This document shows, piece by piece, positions 37,197 through 49,346 of a stretch of 64,000 nt of DNA. Under the pieces are notes generated by a model, which had not been told where the DNA came from, did not search any database, and saw only the letters and a program-made list of their open reading frames with translations. Every line of letters begins with the position of its first letter. Within the stretch, counting starts at the first letter, position 1. The stretch is from Saccostrea cucullata (lineage: Eukaryota). The stretch is taken from assembly GCF_032062105.1 (NCBI RefSeq), contig NW_026931414.1:372001-436000 (forward strand), written 5' to 3'. A program made the translations under genes and the position numbers.

Positions 37197-38612
37197 ATAC
37201 CAACACACTGGACAACTGAGCGGTTATTGGGCAGGGAATGGGTTTGTTTCACTGATGCCTTTAGAAAAATAGGCATCCCACTTCTGACACCAAAAATTGT
37301 AAGCTCCCCACGGATGGCCATGCTGGAATGGGGGCTATACAAAGTAATTACACAACACTTTTCAAGGTCACTCCTTATTTCTTGCTTCATATTTCTCAGT
37401 AAGGACAAGGCTTGGTATCAGTTTAATAATTGGTTTATTAATTGATCATCAAACAGGAAATGACAGTAGGTAAACAAACATCTATATTGGATACATATGG
37501 ATAATTAATATTTGCTTAAGTCAGTAGTGTCAACCGTACTTTCAAGGGTAAAAAGGGGATAATAAAGTTGATTTGGAATAAAAAAGCTCTAAAAATTCTA
37601 ACATCAGGTGTCCAGTGTGTTGGGAGATAATTTCAGTTGTCTCACCTAGTATTTAGCTTAAACTCCTTTGTGCTGCTGATGCAACTTATCTGAAAATAAA
37701 CTGCGAAGCACCTATATTTATAACCTTCGGAAGTAGTCATGTGACATAAATTAACGAATGAAAAAGCTGTACGGTGACACGCGACCAATCACAGCGCTGT
37801 ACGGCGCCGTACAAACAGAGATCTGTCAAACTGTCAAACAACGTCAAACAAGGCTGCCGTACAACGAGAATTATAACTACAAAAAATGGAATTAAATTAC
37901 ACAATAACAATAAGAGTAATATGGTATGGATCCGAGAGATGTTTTCATCATTTCATGTGAATTAAACCCGTATTTCATGATAGAAAACCGCAATCGAACA
38001 GCAGACGATATTCAAATAGCTCTGTCAAAGTAAAAATGTGTAACTGCCATTAAATCCCGTTTAACGTGAAAACCCTTGATAAATCTTGGTAAAACATATT
38101 CAAACATTAATTTTGTGGATATTCACAAGCAAATATACTAGTAACATCGAATTGCATAACAAAATACAACTTGCTCAAATACGAAAGCGTGGCTAATACA
38201 AATAAGATGTCGGCGGGAGGTAAACAACCTCATGGCTCCTGCAATCGTGTGCAATTATGAAAAGTTCAGGCACCTATTTGACTCATAAATAATCAAGTTA
38301 AATACAGTTATTACATGAAAAGATTTTAAAGGTATTTACATGAATTCATAAAATATAGCATTTCCTGTATAAATGCAAGCAAAAAGTATGTCAAATGTGC
38401 TAAAAATAGAAGATACCATGGTAAGTAAATAATCAAAGGACTGAAATGTCGTAGTGTAGTTATTAATGAATAATAAAATCCACCAAGATAATATTCCCAA
38501 TAAATGTTGACACAATTAAATCATAAAAAAATAAATTTATTAATTGAATTCTACCCCAGGCCATTACAATATTATAAATAAGATCAATGCATATGGTTGA
38601 TGACATTTCCTT

Positions 38613-38666
<54 letters not shown>
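38613..38666. repeat. (CA)n microsatellite
   Basis: Read directly; a shorter paralog follows the poly-C tract at ~20392-20413. Confidence 0.95.
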
Positions 38667-38671
<5 letters not shown>

Positions 38672-38785
38672 CGATCTTTTAAAAGGAGTCAAAAATATTT
38701 TATTTAAACAATAGAAAGACGACATTCTCTTTATTCAATCCCGAATCACTGTAAAATATCCAGCAGCTGAAACAGAACACTGAGT

Positions 38786-39352
38786 TTATAATTTGTCTGG
38801 CGATGTAGCGATTGCCTCCTCAACTTTTCCTTCCTCCTCTTCTCTATTTCTTCCCTTCGTTCTTTGGCTCTCTCTTGCTTTTCCGTAATTGCACGTTCCT
38901 AATTACCTGAAAAAATAGATTATACATGTTATAACTTCAAAATACTTACTAGTTTTACTCTTCCTCTTTTGAAAAGGCCAATACTTGAACACGTTTTCAT
39001 TTATTAACTATAATACTTAAATTGATTATAGATTAGTAAAAGATTTCCTAAAATCTTAGACCCTTAATGCGGTGGAAAATAGTATGTTTAAGATACTTTT
39101 ACGTTGTTCTTACGTTTTAAAGCAACTTCATCATCCTCAATAATTTTCTTTGGAGTCTTTTGTTCATACACGATACTTTAGACCGCAATGGCTCTCCTCC
39201 ACCAGTTACTGGAATGTCAAAGGCAACGCCTTCCCCGCTCACTTTGGCTTTGATTCCATTCTTCTTCTTCAGTATCTTTCGCAGCCTCTTTTCTGTTTTT
39301 TGGTGCGAAAAGAAGTTGGAAAAGGAGCAAATTTACTATTGAAGCATCCCAT
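38786..39352 (-). pseudogene. Two-exon small gene, copy 2 (MGCFNSK start); frameshifted, TAG in exon 2
   Basis: ATG GGA TGC TTC AAT AGT AAA at 39352; 1-bp deletion after codon ~20; exon 1 ends at 39114; exon 2 38906-38786 has TGG>TAG. Confidence 0.65.
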
Positions 39353-39559
39353 CGTGATTATTCTGACCTTGTTGCTATATCACACTAAGTTTATTATGAC
39401 GTCATCTTAATTGTTACATCATATATACTGTTACATTATGCGCAAAATAAACGGATTCCGAACAAAAACCAAGTAAAAGTAAAATTGATGCAAAGCATCA
39501 AATCAGCCGCAAACAATATTTTGCATGTTGAAAAGTTCTTTCACAATTTAAAAAGAAAT

Positions 39560-40150
39560 CAAAAGATGTCACTGGGCCTAGAACATGAGAAATGAAAACT
39601 CATGAGAATCAGGGATCATATGGTCTGCAGATTTTAACAGATGATGCTTTGCAGTTTGAAAGTGTTGATGCACCAACAAACATAGCCGAGACCAGTACAG
39701 GTGTCCACGATCTTTCATCAAATCTCTTAGGCCTCCTTCAGCTACCAAAGGTTCAGGTATCTAAAAGAAAGTTAAGAAAATCATCAAATACCTTACCTGA
39801 CCATGTGACATCACCAGACACAATCTGCAGCATGGCCCTCAACCAGCTGAACTTTGCCAAAAAAAAAGCAGAGAGAAATAAAAGCAAAATCCAAATTTCT
39901 GTTAAATCAAGAGACATCTAAAAAAACACATTGGTTAGCAAACCTCGCCAGAAGAAGAAACAACGTCACCTGAGAGGCCCTTTGCTTTGTTTGTCAGGGC
40001 TCTTTTGAAGAAGAAGCAGCCAATGCCATCAACACCACATGGATCCAATGTGAAAAATACCAGCAATGGCTGCATTCCTTTAAACTTTGAATATTACTCT
40101 GATGTTTTCTTGAAGAATACTGAAATTCAGTTCATGTGTCATGTCTGCTC
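39560..40150 (+). pseudogene. Decayed fragment resembling a transposase C-terminus with a PHD-like remnant
   Basis: 109-aa basic ORF followed by frameshifted C..C / WIQCEK..QWLH / C..C remnants; family uncertain. Confidence 0.35.
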
Positions 40151-40338
40151 ATAACTTTTTAAGATATGATTCATATTACCGTATTAAAGTGTATGAAATA
40201 GCAATGAACATATTTTCAATTAATTCCCCATTAATTTACTTTTTTAGCATCTTATGATCATATATATATGCAGCTTTAAAACTTACTGATAAAATTTTGT
40301 CTTTATCATTATATACATATGTCTGGTACACGTTTTTT

Positions 40339-41532
40339 TTAGGTCACCTGAGTAACCTGTTGCTATCCGTTTTCGTCCGTTGTCGTGCGTCGTGTGTTAA
40401 CATTTGAACATTTTCAGCTTCTTCTCTGAAACCACTGAACCAATTTCACCAAAATTTGGTATACAGCATCTATGGGTAAAGGGGAACAAAAATTGTGAAT
40501 TTTATGGTCCCCACCCTCTGGGGCCTGAGGGGTGGGGCCAAAACCACTAAAAATATTGCAATCTTTAAAAATCTTCTTCTTTACTCCTGGACATCAAGCA
40601 GGCAAACTGTTGGCATGAATGTAACGAGCATTGGATCCTCTACCACATTGTGAAATTCATGGCCCCAGGGTCAGGGGTTCTAGTGCTAGGGCAGGACTAT
40701 ATAGATTATACAGTGAAAATGCATTTATTTTCTAAAAATCATCTTCTCTGCTTCTGGGTATTAAATAAACTAACCAAGTACATAGTTATGTTGAATAAGG
40801 CTGCCTGTTCCAATATTCTGGAATTCATGGCCACAGGGTCAGGGGTTCTTGTACATAGTTATGATGAGCAAGAGTGCCTCTTTCAAAATTGTGAATTTTA
40901 TGACCCCAGGGTCAGGGGTTCTGGTGTTAGGGCGGGGCTCTATTGATTATATATAGTGAAAATGCATTTCTTCTTTGAAAATCTTCTCTGTTTCTGGGTA
41001 TTAAATAAACTAAATAAGTACATAGTGAAAATGCATTAACTCTTTGAAAATCTTTTCCTTTGCTCCTGGGTTTTATGCCAATGATCAAAGTATATATATT
41101 TATGATGAAGAAAGGTGCATCGAGCAAAATGGTTATTTTTTATGCCTCCCTGGGTCGGGGGTGGGTGGGGTTATATTTTCTGAAAATAAATTAATGCTTT
41201 GAAATCTGCTGTTTGGTATTAATCAACCATTTTATGACAAAATTTGCAAAATTTTGAAATATGTGGCCCCAGGGTCAGTGGTTCCTTTGGGGTGAGGTGC
41301 ACAAATGGTTATTAAGTGGAAGTGCATTTTCTGTTACTCTGATTTACCTCTGGGTATTAAGTAAATAGAGTAAGCATGCTAAGTTTATAATTATGATAAG
41401 CAATGGTGCCTCTTTCAAAATTATGAATTGTGAATTTCATGGCCTCTCTGGTTTAAAACACAAACCAAATTTAATTGTTTGAAAGTTGTTACACAATACT
41501 CAGTTGACCTATAAGGCCCGTGGGCCTCTTGT
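40339..41532 (+). mobile_element. Helentron/HINE with a short ~166-bp array (same family as 52282-54028)
   Basis: TTAGGTCACCTGAG 5' end, 3' GGCCCGTGGGCC TCTTGTT. Confidence 0.85.
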
Positions 41533-42699
41533 TATTATTGCAGAGACCTGAACAGCAGGGGACTGAGGATGCCAAATTTAAGGAGATTCTTCTAAAAAAA
41601 ACTCTGTAATAAAAGGGTACCATATTTACAAAATCAAACCACCGATGACAAATTCTGCCACACGTCTTCCCATTGAAAGAGAATATTCCAATTCCCATAA
41701 CCCCGGTGCTTGTCTAGTATGGATACCCCCTTTATGAAATCTGCCCAGAGATTTTCATGAAATGTATTCTTATCCTAAAAGATATTTGAAATTGTCAGAT
41801 GATGCAGGCTTCCCGATTGGTCATGTACCGTTAGGAATTAATGGCGCCTTTCGGCAGTTCTTGGATGTCACATATCTTGCGAGCCTATTGGAATGCCATG
41901 CCCTATCTTTCCTCCATGGCCTCCAGTACAAGAAAAAGGGGGCGGTGTGGTTATCCCGTGTGACTACTTTATAAAATGTAAAACCAGTCTTGTTTCTTTT
42001 GTGAAAAAATCATTGCATTTGGCACTAAGTCAAATGAAAGAAAAAGATGCCATGTGTATTCAGTGAAAATTAAATAGATTTAAAATTGAAAGATTTTTAA
42101 ATTTATTTCTTACAATCAGGGGCCTAATTTATAAACAAATAAATGTATTAATCATGCATATACATATAGTAATGTAATATATTTATTGGGGAGGGGGGTG
42201 TATTAGGCTGTGTTTTTTATTAGGCTGTAATTTTTTTAAAGAAATAAAGGGAAAAAAAATCTTTTATTCATTCCTTTTATAACCTTAAATTTAAGGGAAA
42301 TAATTCGACACTGGAAAAATTATTCGAAACTAGGAGAATGTAGGGCCAGTGTAGTCTACTTGTATGCCAAGTTATATTGAAATCAAATCAAAACTGTATG
42401 AGGAGTAGCATTTTGAAAAATTGTTAACAGACAGACGGACGGACGTACGCCGGACGCATTACTATCGCATAAGCTCTTCTGGTCTCTGACCAGAAGAGCT
42501 AAAAACAACTATAATTATATTATTTTTTCAAGTTCCCTATAAGTTTCTCTAATGGATAAGCTTCATTCTTTTTTATTCACTTGGAAGAATTTTCTGTCAC
42601 TTACACTTTGTTGTAAGACTTTTAAGTTGTAACAACCTTAATTTTGTCAATATTGCTTTCTTTTTTTCTGCCTGACTTTTTAATTCATCCAGTATTTGC

Positions 42700-42960
42700 C
42701 TCTAGAGTCGCAAAGTAAGGAGTTAATCATTAAGTCGCGGGTTCGAATCCCAGGTGGGACGTGGAGACCGGTCCTTCTGATAAACCGAGTCCCGTCGCAG
42801 TAGGTGCTGGCACGAAAAAGACCCCTCATTGTTAAATGGCCGTATGTGACGAGTATAGTACAAAAATTAACAGCTCTCCGCTGGCAAGTAGTTGCTTCTT
42901 CATATGAGTGAAGAAATCTCGAGTGGGACGTTAAACAACAACCAATCAATCAATCAATCA
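42700..42960 (+). mobile_element. tRNA-derived SINE
   Basis: GGGTTCGAATCCC B box, conserved body, (CAAT)n tail. Confidence 0.8.
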
Positions 42961-42994
42961 TGTTTTGCATTTTGCCATAGTAAAGGACATCATT

Positions 42995-43328
42995 TGAGTA
43001 CTGGTAGAGCGTTCGCTTCGTAATCGAGAGGTCCGGGTTCGATTCTCGTTCGCGGCGCCACTTCAAACCTTAAACATAGATAGTGACTGTTCCTTCGCCA
43101 AGCGCTCGGCATTAGAAGTGAAAGTCTTTTGGATATGACCTTAAAAACGTAGGTCCCATGTCACAGTAGGCGTTGGCACAATAGAGAGCCCTCACTGCTC
43201 AATGGCCCTCAGTGTCGAGTATAGGTCTAAATTTGAAGCCCTTCACCGGCATACGGTGACGTCACTGTATGTGTGAAAAATTCTTGTATAGAACGTTAAA
43301 CAATGTACAATCATTTGTCAATCAATCA
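42995..43328 (+). mobile_element. tRNA-derived SINE
   Basis: TGGTAGAGCG..GGGTTCGATTCTC head and CAAT tail; homologous to 56590-56895 and 63265-63540. Confidence 0.8.
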
Positions 43329-44635
43329 TCTTAGAACTTTGATTTTTTGTTTCAATATGCTTCATTTTTTCCTCAGCTTTAATTTTCTCTGATTGTCTAT
43401 TTCTTTCAGTGTAGTTTCCCCTTAATTTTCTGCCATCCTTAATGCTATCCTTTATTATTAACTCTCTTTCAGCATTTGGAAGGACTTCCAACTACTGTGA
43501 TGTTTTATTGATACAAACATCAGGAAAGCTTCATTGGTGATTGTAGAAGAATTAGGTCTATAGCGCAGGGAAAAAATCAAGCATCCCGAATACCCTCTCT
43601 GGCATTTTGTTTTGGGGGATTACAAACGTTGTTGTAAACTTTGTGTTACTTCATAATACCTACCTCCAGGAAGTTGTTCTTTCCTCGCCTTCTGCTGCAG
43701 TTTGTGTAGTCCTTGAAGTATTAATTGTGCACAGGCACATGCTATGCTGTCAATATTCTTATCTGGTTTAATAAGCATTTCATATACTTCATCCGTCTCC
43801 AAAATATCTCAGTCCAAACTGGGTGATTTTCCCCAGAAATAAAAGTGGTGGCATCTTCACTCATATTCTCAAAGTACATTAATAATCTGTAGTACTCCTT
43901 CTTCAAATTTAACAGATGTTTGTTACACTCTATGAGTCTCCACAATGGACTTGTCACTTTGTGTGAAATATCAAGAACTAGAGACACAGTCATTTTTTTG
44001 AAGCCTGTTAGTTATTCCATGAAATTTTTCAAAATATTGCCTTATCCTTTTGTGATGAGAAAATGTAATTTTACCTATCTGTTACCTCTGAAATCAACAA
44101 AGTGCAAATTTGCATTTCCAGACTGACAGTAGGTTCGAAGTGCACTGTAACAACCATTTTTCTCATCACTACTTCTTGCTCTGCTCCTATTCTGTATTGT
44201 TTTATGGACTTTAATATTGAATACTGTATGTTAACTCCACATCCTTCATTTTATGGACTTTGATATTGGATACTGTTCGTTATCTCCATATCCATTTCCT
44301 TCATACTTCTTGCAAAGCACTTGCCACAGAAACGCAGAAAGGAAATAGTGTTTGGATTAGAAGAATATATTTGATTACATATATCGGCATGACTTCTAAA
44401 TTCTTCATCTGATTCTTCTTCAAGATCAGGTCGCCCGCGGGGCGCAGTGATTAACGCGACTGCTCTAGAGTCCCGGGTTCGAATCCCACTGTGGGACGTG
44501 GTGCCGAGCATAGGACAAAATTTGTAGCTCTCCAGCGACAAGTCGTGGCGCCTCGATATGAGTGAAACCAGAAGTCTCTGTTGAGACTGTAGCTCTACTG
44601 GTTTTTACTTATAACAAAGGATGAGAAAAGAAGCC

Positions 44636-45665
44636 ATTGTCATCAGACCAAAACTGTAGAAGGAGTAGCGATTTAAAGGAATTTCACAGACATTTCTATT
44701 TCTAGTAACAATGGCAACACTGTTTATCGAAATCAAAAACCGATGCATTATTTTATGTATCTTAGTGTAGTCTACTTGTGTGCCAAGTTATATTGAAATC
44801 AGACCAAAATTGTTGGAGGAGTAGCGTTTTAAAGGAATTTCCAGAAAATTCTATTTTTAGTAACCATAGTAACACTGTTCATAGAAATCAAAAACCGATG
44901 CACTGTTCTATGTATCTTAGTGTAGCCTACTTGTGTGCCAAGTTATATTGAAATCAGACCAAAACTGTAGAAGGAGTAGCGGTTTAAAGGAATTTCACAG
45001 AAAATTCTATTTTCAGTAACCATGGCAACACCGTTCATCGAAGTCAAAAACCGATGCACTATTTTATGTATCTTAGGGTAGTCTATTTGTTTGCCAAGTA
45101 ATAATGAATCAGATCATAATTGAGAAGGAGTAGCGTTTTAAAGGAATTTCACAGAAAATTCTATTTTTAGTAACAATGGCAACACCGTTCATCGAAATCA
45201 AAAATCGATGCTATTTCATGTATCTTAGTTTAGTCTACTTGTGTGCCAAGTTATACTGAAATCAGATTAAAACTGTAGGAGGAGTAGCATTTTAAAGGAA
45301 TTTCACAGAAAATTCTATTTTTAGTAAGAATGGCAACACCGTTCATTAACATCAAAAACCAATGTACTATTTTATGTATCTTAGTGTAGTCTACTTGTGT
45401 GCCAAGTAATATTGAAATCAGATCAAAACTGCAGGAGGAGTAGCATTTTAAAGGAATTTCACAGAAAATTCTATTTTTAGTAACCATGGCAACACCGTTC
45501 ATCGAAATCAAAAACCGATGCATTATTTTATGTATCTAAGTGTAGTCTACTTGTGTGCCAAGTTATATTAAAATCAGACCAAAACTGTAGGAGGAGTAGC
45601 GTTTTTAAAAAACGGACACCTTACTATCGCATAAGCTCTTCTGGTCTCTGACCAGTAGATCTAAA
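44636..45665 (-). mobile_element. Helentron-like element with 6-7 tandem ~152-bp monomers
   Basis: Repeated GTAGTCTACTTGTGTGCCAAG units; terminal AGCTCTTCTGGTC..GACCAG hairpin shared with 42345-42505. Confidence 0.75.
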
Positions 45666-46388
45666 AAAAAATTCGAAAGGGACGTTAACCAACATACAAT
45701 CAATCATCAATTTCAAATTTTTCCTACTCCCGTCACTTTTCAAACGTTGAAAGAATGGGTGAAATACGCTCTGCAAAATTGATGAACAGGTGAAGTCCAC
45801 ATAAAAAAAATTAACTAAAATTGTAATACAAAGTTGTAGCCCCATGACTCACTGTTTTTCATGAACAATGAAATCAGTTGTATTTCTACATGGCACAACA
45901 TTAGGTTTTCTTCCCTATAAGTTTCAATTCCTTTATAATGACTGGCCCAACATTTAGAGAGGACACATCACAAGTTTCAATACCTTTATAATGACTGGCC
46001 CAACATTTTGAGAGGACACATCATAACTTGTTCATAAAACACCGTCTACATAAGCGTTTGTTGTTGGGTCCAACATTTCTAGTTCAGAGTTGTCTTGTAG
46101 GAGTAAGCAGATTTTTAAAAAAATTCTGCTTCTAATTCTTCAATTTTGTAAATGTTTGAGTCCTTCGTTGAGTCAGGCATATCTGCAATAATTTCCTTAG
46201 CTTTAACAAGCTCAGTGTTTATTTTCATGATTTGTGCTCTTCTTCTAGTTTGTTTTTAAATTTGCTTGTTGATCTTATTCCAAAGGATGGGACCTTTTCT
46301 AACTGAGTTTTGATTAATATGTTTTTCTAATAGGCCTCTTTCATATTTTCAATGATATAAGCTTTTTTGCGAGCGCGCAAGCGACAAA

Positions 46389-46406
46389 GTCACGTGACAC
46401 CCGACA
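46389..46406 (+). promoter_or_regulatory. E-box-containing motif GTCACGTGACACCCGACA upstream of the transposase
   Basis: Mirrored at 51874-51891; function inferred. Confidence 0.55.
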
Positions 46407-46434
46407 TTCCAAGGCGGTCTATTTTGAATCCAAA

Positions 46435-49000
46435 ATGGTGAAACGCTGTTCTTGGGGCATATGTAACAGCGATAATAGGTACATGCATAAAGCATACATG
46501 AAAGGAGTGGAATTTTTCCCAGTACCAAAGCCTAAAACACGATTAGACGACACCAAACTTTGGGTAAAGGCATGCGGAAGAAAGTTTTTTACCGTTGACA
46601 ATGTAAACAAACATACATACGTATGTAGCAAACATTTTATTGATGGTCGCCCTACCGAGTTGCATCCCTATCCATTAAATGCCAATTCAAATAGAGTTAT
46701 TTCGAAAGGTAGAAAACGTGCGACAAGAAAGGACACCTTCACACCAGGAGATAAACAGACGAATGCCAATCTCGGCAAGGATGGATTTGTACCACACCCC
46801 GTGCCAGAGGCCTCCTTGTTTGTTACCGTCGAAGAGGAAGAAATCAGTGAAAAAGTCTCAACCCAGCAGCAGCTCACAGAAGGTAAAATATAATTCAAAT
46901 TTTGAATAAACTCACATGAGATAAACATGAAACATTCGCAGAGTGAAATCTAGATTGATCATAATTATGTGTAACTACAAGTGTAAATAGACCAATTTAA
47001 GCTAAATTTCAAAACATTACCGTAAAAATATTAAGGTTCCAAAATTTGAGTGGAAGATCTAGATAAACGCATTTCACTGAGAAAGAATGCACGACATGCA
47101 AACACTTACAATGAAATGGAAAAACCCAAAGTTATTTTTAGTCTAAAAAACATACTTTTCAAATACTGACTAGATTTCTAAAGGTTCCATAGGAATTTGA
47201 AAATAGAATGTATCGGCTTTTCAACTCGCACTCTGGTGTGTAAAAATGTCATTTAATATTCAAACAAAACAGCTGCTGTTCTTTTTCTTCCAGGCTATTT
47301 TCTTTGAGACTATATTACAAGTGGGAGTGGATCACAATTTTTTTAAGAAAATGTAAAAGAGGAGAGCAATTTTTAATATCAGCATCACAAAAAAATTATT
47401 GCGAGCTGATCTAACTTGTAACTTCAATTTCCAACATTTCAGTTGATGACCACTTATATGCTAAACCTGTGCAAATGGTTAATGTTGCCACCCAGACCAA
47501 CCCGGACATAGAGGGAATGTCAAGCAATGAGGAATCCCAGGATAGGGGGAATACAAAGAGACGCCTTCTGATGGAAGATGTATATAAAAATGACATGTCC
47601 TGCAAATTTTACACAGGTTAATGAACTTTGTTTCATGTGTAAAGATAATTACTACTTTTGATTGAATTAAAAAATTCTCAGAAATATCATTTTAAATGGA
47701 AGAGAGATAGTCTAAGGTTTGGCTGAAAATTAGTATATCTAATATGCATTTTAAATATATTTCTGACTTTGTACATACCTATAATTATTTGAAATCTCAT
47801 CATGTTACATTTAATAAACTTTGTATCATACTTTATATAATTATATAGTACCGGTACATCATGTAATCACTATCATTTAAGACCAGTGCTAGTTGTTCTC
47901 AGATGCCCTAGTTAATCACATTCTAATAAATAAATAATGTATTTATCCTTGATCCATACAGGTATAACATTGGCAGTTTTTACTATCATCTTCAATGTAC
48001 TTAAGATTAAGGCATCCTCAATGGTGTACTGGAATAGCACAGAAACAAATGAGCGACAGGATTCCAAGGTAATACAATGTCATTACTCTTCTTATCATTA
48101 TGACCCAAACAAATTTTCTGTGAATCTAATGTGTATTAATTTTAAAAAACCTGTAATGTCTATAAAAAATACACAATTAATTAATACCAACACAAAAAGC
48201 CACAATAATGATTGTATTTATTACTTTCATGTTAACAGACTCCAAGAAGAGAACCTAAACGCTTGCTTTCATTGAAAGAAGAATTCACTCTAACCTTGTT
48301 GCGACTACGAAGAGGATTTGACACCAAATCACTCAGTGATATGTTTGCCATTTCTGAAAGTTCAGTAAGCCGAATATTTACTACATGGATGTGTCTCATG
48401 AGCATTGACCTTGGCTTTCTCATCAAATGGCCATCCAAAGAACAAATCATGGAAAATTTGCCCAAATGCTTTAAACATTTCAAAAAAACAAGATGCATTA
48501 TTGACTGCACTGAATTCTTTGTGCAAAAACCCAGTCTTCCAACTGCTCAGAGAATAACATATTCATCTTACAAACACCATAATACCTTCAAGTGTTTAGT
48601 AGCAATAACTCCATCGGGTTCATTTTGTTTTGTATCTGATTTGTACACTGGTAGTATTTCTGACAAGAAAATAGTACAAGAATCTGGCTTTTTGGATAAT
48701 ATCGAGTTTGGTGATGACATTATGGCGGACCGTGGCTTTCTCATAAGAGGCGATCTAGCATTAAAAGGTGCAACACTAAACATTCCCCCATTTTCTTTTG
48801 GAAGACAGATGGGTAGCAATGCCACCACTAAAACGAGAAGGATTGCTCGAGCTCGAATCCATGTAGAACGAGCAATTGGACGTTTGAAAAACTATGCAAT
48901 TTTGCAAGGTGTTATGACTCTCCAGATGAAGCCTTTGTACAGTCAAATTGTAAAAGTATGTGCAATGTTATGCAACCTTGACTGTCAACTTGTGAAGTAA
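46435..49000 (+). CDS. THAP + HTH + DDE_Tnp_4-type transposase, 4 exons, ~496 aa, apparently intact
   Basis: Exons 46435-46882, 47443-47616, 47962-48068, 48239-49000 in phase. THAP motif MVKRCSWGIC..FFPVP..W..VCSKHF; FYTG; catalytic IIDCTE, MADRGF, RIHVERAIGRLK; AATAAA at 49041. Confidence 0.9.
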
Positions 49001-49346
49001 ATCTTATGTGTGTAAATCAGTATAGCACATACATTTGAATAATAAATGACAAAATAATAACAATGCTTTGATAATTTTACATTTTAATGTTACATGTAAC
49101 TGACATACAAGGATCTGATTCGTCCTTCTTTCAGAGGAAATCATCCGATTAGCTTAATTTTACAAAAAAGTGAAACACTGAAATAGATCTTATGTGACAA
49201 AGCATTTTTCACCAATAACACAGTCTTAATTCTGCCTACCAACTCCATTTTTTCAGGAGGTAACAGTACAGTAGTTACATATATTCTGTAGTAAATTAAT
49301 AGACGCAGCTTTTTTTGCTTAATTTATAATGCAGGTACATAAGCAG

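Larger units (their letters stand above)
33871..38545. repeat. Near-identical ~1.15-kb direct repeat pair; the first copy is split by a ~1-kb insertion
   Basis: 33871-34358 matches 37388-37881, and 35356-36022 matches 37883-38545. Confidence 0.9.

Noticed and set aside
33871-38545. LTR pair or DIRS/Ngaro split repeats
   Set aside because: No TG..CA ends, PBS, PPT, RT or tyrosine-recombinase ORF between the repeats.
41530-41975. Coding-like fragment
   Set aside because: Frames are broken and I could not recognise a motif to assign it.
42995-43065. tRNA gene
   Set aside because: A/B boxes run directly into a SINE body and tail, with no complete cloverleaf. The same applies near 22000, 44450 and 56600.
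46435-49000. Domesticated host gene (HARBI1 or a THAP factor)
   Set aside because: Intact TIRs, a TSD and insertion into another decayed element indicate a mobile copy.
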